Assembly (NCBI GenBank): GCA_951406725.2
Contig: OX597835.1
Span: 26,722,001 to 26,786,000, forward strand
Length of the DNA: 64,000 bases
Direction: 5' to 3'
Source: Octopus vulgaris
Lineage: Eukaryota
How positions within the stretch are numbered: position 1 is the stretch's first letter; every line of letters begins with the position of its first letter. The translations under genes were made by a program, and so were the position numbers. Shown here one piece after another: positions 56,357-64,000 of the stretch. Under the pieces are notes generated by a model. The model was given only the letters and a program-made list of their open reading frames with translations, ran no database searches and was not told the DNA's origin.

Positions 56357-57154
56357 TTGAGGTGTATTTATATCATTGTTAGTGAGGGATTATCAGTCCT
56401 GGTAAAATACTACACAGGGTCTATCTTAATACACTAGGCTAACAATATTGGTTAGATTAATAAAGAACTCCACATATTCTCGTGGCAGGATACAAGATTA
56501 TAGTTTATCACCATTCTATATTGTAAATCCATGGTTGTGGCCCAGTTAAGGCAGGATGATAGAAAAGACACGGTATAAACAATGGTCAGTACTTATTTTT
56601 CTATATTGTTGTAAATCTGACTTACAGTTGTTTCCAGTTATCATTATAGGTTTACTCAAAAGGCCCCTTGATCAGTTGACTGAAATTAAACGACCCAGAA
56701 AATGAATACTATTTTGGTCAGACTCATTTCTGGTTATAACAAAGCAGAACACAGGATAGTGGCCATGGAAGTTTGAATCCGCCAGACTTACCAGCCCTGA
56801 AAATGGACAGGGGCCTGGACTGAGTGACCAATGTTGGTCTGGCCGGGTGACAGGCTGTATGGTTGTTACTGAGGTGACTTCCTGAAGCCCCCTCAGGTAG
56901 GAAGGTGCTGTGGTGACCATGTAGCTATTGTCTTTCATGTAGGTTGTATATGTGTCTACTGGCTGTGTATGTGTGTTTATTTGTATGAGTGTGTGTTAGT
57001 ATGTGTGTGTGTTTGCATGTGTGTGTGTTTGTATGTGTGTGTTTGTGTGTATACTCAACTGGATAAATGTGCATATGTCTGACACATACACATACAAATA
57101 TAAACATATATGTATGTGTATATCTTATGTATATACACACACACAAACACACAC

Positions 57155-57232
<78 letters not shown>

Positions 57233-57499
57233 GTACATCAATAGCCCATAGCCGGATGGAGTTGATGCAAAGTGACGACTAATTTTGTGTAGCTCCCAGT
57301 CAAATAATTATAATATAGCAATTAATTAAATATAATAATTATTTAACATTTATATAAATTAATGGTTTCTGTCAACCAATTAAATGGCTGATGTTGAATC
57401 TGTTTCAGTAATTGAGTATCTTAACCAGAATCCTGGTTCCACCTACCCACCTACACACACAAGTATCAACATATATATACATATTTAAACAGATATATA

Positions 57500-57690
57500 T
57501 ATAGTTAATCCAAACATGAAAACACAACAAAGCGAGGATGTGGAACAAGTATAGTATTATTGGACGCTCAGGAAAGGAAAGAAAGGAGGAGGATTTAACA
57601 TTTCGAGCGGAGCTCTTCATCAGAAACATAGGAAAAGGAAAGATCCAAGGAAGGGAAGACAGAGGAAAAAAAATCGCCAACGGTACACAC
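57500..57690 (-). ncRNA. Minimal type-I hammerhead-like motif in a PLE-terminus element
   Basis: Minus 57623-57597: CTGATGA-A-GAGC-TCC-GCTC-GAAA-TGTT. The CUGAUGA and GAAA boxes are intact; helix III ACGT has decayed to ATGT. Confidence 0.55.
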
Positions 57691-57729
57691 GCAGTCACAC
57701 ACACACACACACATATAAACATATATATA

Positions 57730-58984
57730 TTGGGTCTTTCCATAAATAATGTGGTTCCTTTATACTTTTTTGTATTTTTCAAAATAAAGATAAAGTTCTT
57801 TTTTAATCTAAAATATACTCTCCTTCATTTTCTACAATGCTCTTCCATCTATCTGGTACACTTGCAAGACCTCTCTTCCAAAATTCACTTGTCCATGACG
57901 AAAAATATTCATCCAGTACTGTTCTGACCTCATCTACAGAATTCATTCATTTTCCATCCAAATGATTTTGAAGACTGCAGAATAAATGTTAATCAGATGT
58001 GGCAATGTCCAGTGAATATGATGGGTGGGGCATTGGTTCCCATTCAAACTGCTCCAGCGCAGGAATGGCTGTGTAGTAAGTAGCTTGCTTACCAACCACA
58101 TGGTTCTGGGTTCAGTCCCATTGTGTGGCACCTTGAGCAAGTGTCTTCCACTATAGCCTCCGGCCAACCAAAGCCTTGTGAGTGGATTTGGCAAGTGGAA
58201 ACTGAAAGAAGCCCATTGTATATACGTATATGTATATATGTGTGTGTGTGTTCGTGTGTCTGTGTTTGTACCCCCAACATTGCTTGACAACCGATGCTGG
58301 TGTGTTTATGTCCCCATAAATTAGTGGTTCGGCAAAAGAGACCAATAGAAAAAGTACTAGTGCTCCAGCATGGCCGCAGTCAAATGACTGAAACAAGTAA
58401 AAGAGTAAAAGAGTTAAAGAGCCTTCGGAATGTTATCTTCACTGTTTGTGACCGAGCATTATTCTTATGGAAGAACACCTTTTGTCTTGAAACTAAAGAT
58501 GGTCATTTTTATTCTAGCGCTGACTTGAATGACTGGTTGAATGACCAGGTTCAAGACCCTCCCCCCCACTCAGCTACAACAGGATTTTGTTCAACCACGG
58601 TTTGCAAAATGTCCTCATTGAGATCTACAGATCTTTCAGGGCGAGGCTCGTCTTCTAGGCTGTAGTTTCCAACTCAGAATTTCTGGAACCACCATTGACA
58701 CTTGGCTTATGCTTACTGTCCGATCCCAATATACTGCATTAATATTCCTCGCACTTTCCGTTGCGCTGTTTGTCTTTGATGAATTCCTTAAGCTAAATTT
58801 GCAGAATATGCTTTTTTGTCACTTCTATCATAGCTTTGAAAAACTGTTAAAATCAAACTGCACTAAGAATAAGGTCAAGGTAAAATTACTACCTGCTTTT
58901 ATAGTAAGTTGATGCAGGTAGTTTATCCCATCCCCCTCCGACTTTTAGTTAACGCAATTGAAAAAAACGCATTATTTATGGATG

Positions 58985-58985
<1 letters not shown>
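57730..58985 (-). mobile_element. Decayed mariner (same family as 20112-21301) with a nested SINE-A at about 58057-58418 (+)
   Basis: TIR TTGGGTCTTTCCATAAATAATG. The sequence on both sides of the SINE is collinear with the reverse complement of 20930-20990. Confidence 0.88.
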
Positions 58986-59024
<39 letters not shown>

Positions 59025-59025
<1 letters not shown>

Positions 59026-59155
59026 TTTATTTAAAAGCAGCAGAAATTCAACAAAAACCTGTTACTCTGAGTTTCACGTTCCCGTGTCCAACGAACGGGA
59101 ACGTGAAACTCAGAGTAACAGGTTTTTGTTGAATTTCTGCTGCTTTTAAATAAAG
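59025..59155. repeat. Perfect inverted repeat, 61-bp arms, 9-nt spacer
   Basis: 59025-59085 is the exact reverse complement of 59095-59155, checked base by base. Confidence 0.97.
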
Positions 59156-59457
59156 CATATGTATGTATGTATGTATGTACATATGAGTGTGTGTATCATC
59201 ATCATCATCATCATTTAATGTCCGTTTTCCATGCTAGCATGGGTTGGATGGTTTGACTGTGGACAGACAGACAGACAAATAGATAGATGGATAGAGAGAG
59301 AGAGAGAGGGAGTAAGAGAAGGAGACAAATAGACTGTTATATTTACATACATAGACATTAGAGATTGACATACAAACATGCAAATTCACAAACAAACTTT
59401 ACATATATCTCACACACAGACATACACAGATAAACGACAAGACACACACACACAAAG

Positions 59458-59495
<38 letters not shown>

Positions 59496-59714
59496 TTTCA
59501 AACACTCACAAATATACACAACTTAAGTAAAAAAAAAGAGAATACACCAAAACTAAACAGGAGAATCCCAGCAGACTAATGGTAGTTTCCATTAGTAAAT
59601 ATTGTGTTTATTAATGAAGTATTTAAAGTTTGTTTATCTTTAGGAAAAGAATTTCTTGAGGTTTTGGACCAAGTTCTTCATTAGAGAAAGAGAATTGAGC
59701 GTGTGGGTGTGGGA

Positions 59715-60260
59715 GCAGGAGAAAGACAGAGAAAAAGATAGACAGAGTGACAGAGATGAAGTGAGGAGGGAGAGAGAACAAAAGAGGAGTGAGAGAAGAG
59801 AGAAGAGAGAGAGACCAAGAGAGGAGAGAGAGAGAGACCAAGAGAGAAAAGAGAGAGAGACCAAGAGAGGAGAGAGAACAAAAACGGAGGGAGAAAGATC
59901 AAGAAAGGGCACACAGAGAGAGAAACAGTCAGACAGAGAGAGAGAGAGAGAGAGAGAAAAGAGAGAGAGAGACACTGAGAGTGACAGAAAGACAGAGATA
60001 GAGAGACAGTCTAGCAGAGACACTGAGAAAAAGTGACAGACAGAGAAGGAGCGAGAGAGAGACAGAGAGGAGCAAAGAGAGATAGAGTGAGAGAGACTGA
60101 GAGTGAGAGAGAGAGAGAGAAGCAAAGAGAGAGAGAGAAGCAAAGAGAGAGAGAGAAGCAAAGAGAGAGAGAGAAGCAAAGAGAGAGAGAGAAGCAAAGA
60201 GAGAGAGAGAAGCAAAGAGAGAGAGAGAGAGAAGCAAAGAGAGAGAGACAGAGAGACAAT
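59715..60260. repeat. GA-rich tract with a tandem GAAGCAAA(GA)n unit
   Basis: Read directly from sequence. Confidence 0.9.
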
Positions 60261-60770
60261 CAGACAGAAGCAGTGAGGGGGAGATTCTCTTTGTATGTTC
60301 TAAGTGGATGTAAGAATGAGCCTAGTGAAGATTTTGGCTTCTGTAAATGCCTGGGAGTGGGGAAGTGGAAGAGAAAGAGAGAGAGAGAAAGGGAAGGAGG
60401 GAGGGAAAGAGAAAGCAAGAGGAAGAGCACTTAAGAGAGAGTGAGGTTGGAGGTGGAGAGAGAAGAGAGAAGAATGAAAAGGAAATGTATATGAGGCAGG
60501 AGAGGGATTATTGATCAATGAAAGTTATATATATATATATATATAGATAGATAGATAGATAGATATACATATATATGTATATATGCATATATACACACAT
60601 GCACACACACACATATATATTCATAAATATATATATATACACTCACACTATGTACAGATGCACACAGCCATCCATCTGTAGCATGTACATAATTACAAAT
60701 CCGCCCATACACACACACATTCATATACACATCTCATACACACATACATACATGCATGTTCCATATATAT

Positions 60771-60811
<41 letters not shown>

Positions 60812-60892
60812 CCATACACACGGTCATACACACTCACACACACACATATATATATACATACACACATATACACACACATGCATACATACATT

Positions 60893-60950
<58 letters not shown>

Positions 60951-61505
60951 CATACACACACATACATACACATACATAAACACATGAATACCACACACAT
61001 ACATACATACATACATACGTAAACACATGGACACCACACACATACATACATACACAACACATACATACACACATACAGCCAAGCGCCTACTACAGGTAGT
61101 ACAACAAGCATTGTTCAGTATTCGTCTCTTGTCATACAGGTACAAAACTTTATTGATTAAACTCTCTCTCTATTCTTCCTCCAGATCGCAATGTAGTTAG
61201 CACTTAATTTTTCTTCGTCTTCTATGCTAGCAATTCCTCAGCTGTCGGGAAATTCCTCTCAGACTCTGCAAAGATATTTTAGGATTCTTGGTGATGAAAT
61301 TCAGGGATTCTTGTTCAGGAGGAATCGTTTATTTGGTTGTGGCACCTCTGTGATTATAATTCGTAGCATTTTTACAAGTTGAGGTTGATATGAAAGATGT
61401 GTTGAATGTATTGTATTTTTACTAACACATCAGTCACACTATTTTAAACCTTGTTTTAACTGTCAAAACTGGGGTACAACCAGGATGTATATATATATAT
61501 CTATG

Positions 61506-61545
<40 letters not shown>

Positions 61546-61617
61546 TTAAGATCGTTATTTAAGATACCAGTCATATCAGGTGGCTAGCATGGGAATAAAA
61601 ACCTCATAGGTAATACA

Positions 61618-61786
61618 TATTATTAAAATTATAATTAAGGCTATCTAAGAGATACCACCATGCTAGATATAGCAGCCAAAACTTGACTCTAAAATAACAT
61701 TTAATGTGGTTTTAGAGTCAATTTTAGCAACTATATCTAGCATGGTGGCATCTCTTAGATACCCTTAAGTTATAATTTTAATAATA
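61618..61786. repeat. Imperfect palindrome, ~84-bp arms
   Basis: TATTATTAAAATTATAATTAAGGCTATCTAAGAGATACCACCATGCTAGATATAG... pairs with ...CTATATCTAGCATGGTGGCATCTCTTAGATACCCTTAAGTTATAATTTTAATAATA. Confidence 0.92.
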
Positions 61787-62139
61787 ATAGTTATATATAT
61801 ATATATATACACACATACATACATATATATATATACATATATATACATGGCGTTAGGAAGGGCATCCAGCTGTAGAAACATTGCCAGATAAGACCGGAGC
61901 CTGGTGCAGCCTCCTGGCTTCCCAGATCCCCGGTCGAACCGTCCAACCCATGCTAGCATGGAGAACGGACGTTAAACGATGATGATGATGTTGATGATAT
62001 ACACATATATTTATACACAATTATTCATACATACATAATTTTGTAAATTCCAACTATATACACATACATACATATATATGCATAAATATACATATGTACA
62101 TATATATATGCATATATATATATACATATACATACACAT

Positions 62140-62178
<39 letters not shown>

Positions 62179-62196
62179 TACATATACATACATACC

Positions 62197-62236
<40 letters not shown>

Positions 62237-63208
62237 TATTCATATATATATATAGATATATATACATGCATACATAGAATATATATGTGTGTGTGTTTGT
62301 GTGTGTATACATATATATATTAATTATTCATACATCCAATTTTTTCCCCATTTTCTTGCCTTCAATATTAATAACATATATATGTCATTACCATAATCCC
62401 TAACATATACCAGTAACTTTCACGCTATATGATAGAGATTAACCAGCGTAATATCTTGGACTTTATAATCCCTAATGAGGATATAACTTCCTCGAATTGA
62501 CTATATACATCCATATATACACATATATATACATATATATACACACATATATATATATGTACACACATATATATTATATATATATATATACATACATATA
62601 TATTATATATATTATATATATATACATACAAATGGCGGTGCCCCAGCTTGGCCACAGCTCGTGAGCTGAAACTAGATAAAATAAAATAAACAAAACATAT
62701 ATACAAACACATACATACATTATATGTGGTCATTGGGTATGGCCAATGTGAAAGTTACCAGGTTCATATCCATTATTGCTCTTAGCAATATAGGCCACAC
62801 ATCACACGCACAGACACACACACATACACACACACACACGTGTGTATGCATGTGTATGTTATATTTATTCATACCAAATTTCAACATCAAATTAGGGGTT
62901 TGACTTTTATACAAAAGTGTGACTTATCCCTAAATAGAGACACTAGATATGCGGCTGTTAACGAGTGTCGTTAAAACGGAATGATGAATTGGTAAATTGG
63001 AGGGAGGCGGGACTCTGTGTTAGGTACAGAATTGGAAGAGGATGTAGAATAATGGTATAAAGACTACACACACATGTTACACACAAATACATATACACAC
63101 ACACATACATCTACACGCACACACACACGCGCACTCACAAATCTACATACACCCACGTAGTTACAGATATAAACATACATATAGAACGATGCACATAGAT
63201 ACACACAT

Positions 63209-63247
<39 letters not shown>

Positions 63248-64000
63248 ACTATATAAGCAAGCGCATACACAAATGCAACTATACACGCATATGCACATTA
63301 ACACAATTACAGATGTAAACACACAGAGTTATGCACAAACCCACACATTCACACACAGACACATTTACATACACAACTACATACATACACACACACACAT
63401 ACACAACTATATACATACACACATGCAACTACAATGACACACACACACACACACACTGACACAACTACATATGCATTCACACACAAAGTACACATATACA
63501 TACACAATAACACACATATATATTCACACATCTACACACTGCAAATATGTCCCCCCCACACACACAAACACTGATGCACAGATAAATATACGCATATAGC
63601 TATATAGGATACATAACATGTGCATACACATACACACAACCACAGACTCAGCTACACAATAATACATACACACACACACATACACACAATGGAGGAAGCC
63701 AGCTTTGCTAGAAATAGCAGTCAAATCACTGGTGAAGTTACATCGTTACCATCTTAAAGAAGGAAGGTCAATTCGGACAACATATTTCTAAATAAATTCT
63801 TGCATTCAAATTAAAATCAGGAATGGTCTTAGCTGGAATGCTTTTGATCATTATACCCAAGCAATCATGGCCCTGCTGGAGCTAAATAACAACACACATA
63901 CACTACACACTTACAGACATAGGCAATTATACACAAACACAACATACACATATGCACACACATTCACAGACTCACACATACACACACACAGTCACAACAA

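Overview
Repeat-saturated, AT-rich eukaryotic DNA. The SINE families and extreme (TA)n/(CA)n/(CATA)n/(TTA)n density are those I associate with octopus genomes; this is inference, no database search was run. Almost all ORFs in the supplied track are microsatellite translations. Supported content: (1) a candidate spliced gene on the minus strand (exons 48771-48907 and 47557-47671) encoding a 79-aa low-complexity microprotein with a MEK1-like MAPK D-site, PxSP/SP sites and an FxFP motif; (2) three decayed Penelope-like element (PLE) remnants plus many short (TA)n-embedded PLE-terminus derivatives carrying minimal hammerhead-ribozyme motifs, several folded into long palindromes, including a perfect 61-bp-arm hairpin at 59025-59155; (3) Tc1/mariner fossils, piggyBac-type MITEs, a HINE-like element, RLE- and CR1-type LINE fragments and several SINE families, one sharing a covarying 3' hairpin with a LINE tail; (4) a probable assembly artefact at about 4450-6930. 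No rRNA, intact tRNA or CRISPR array is supported.
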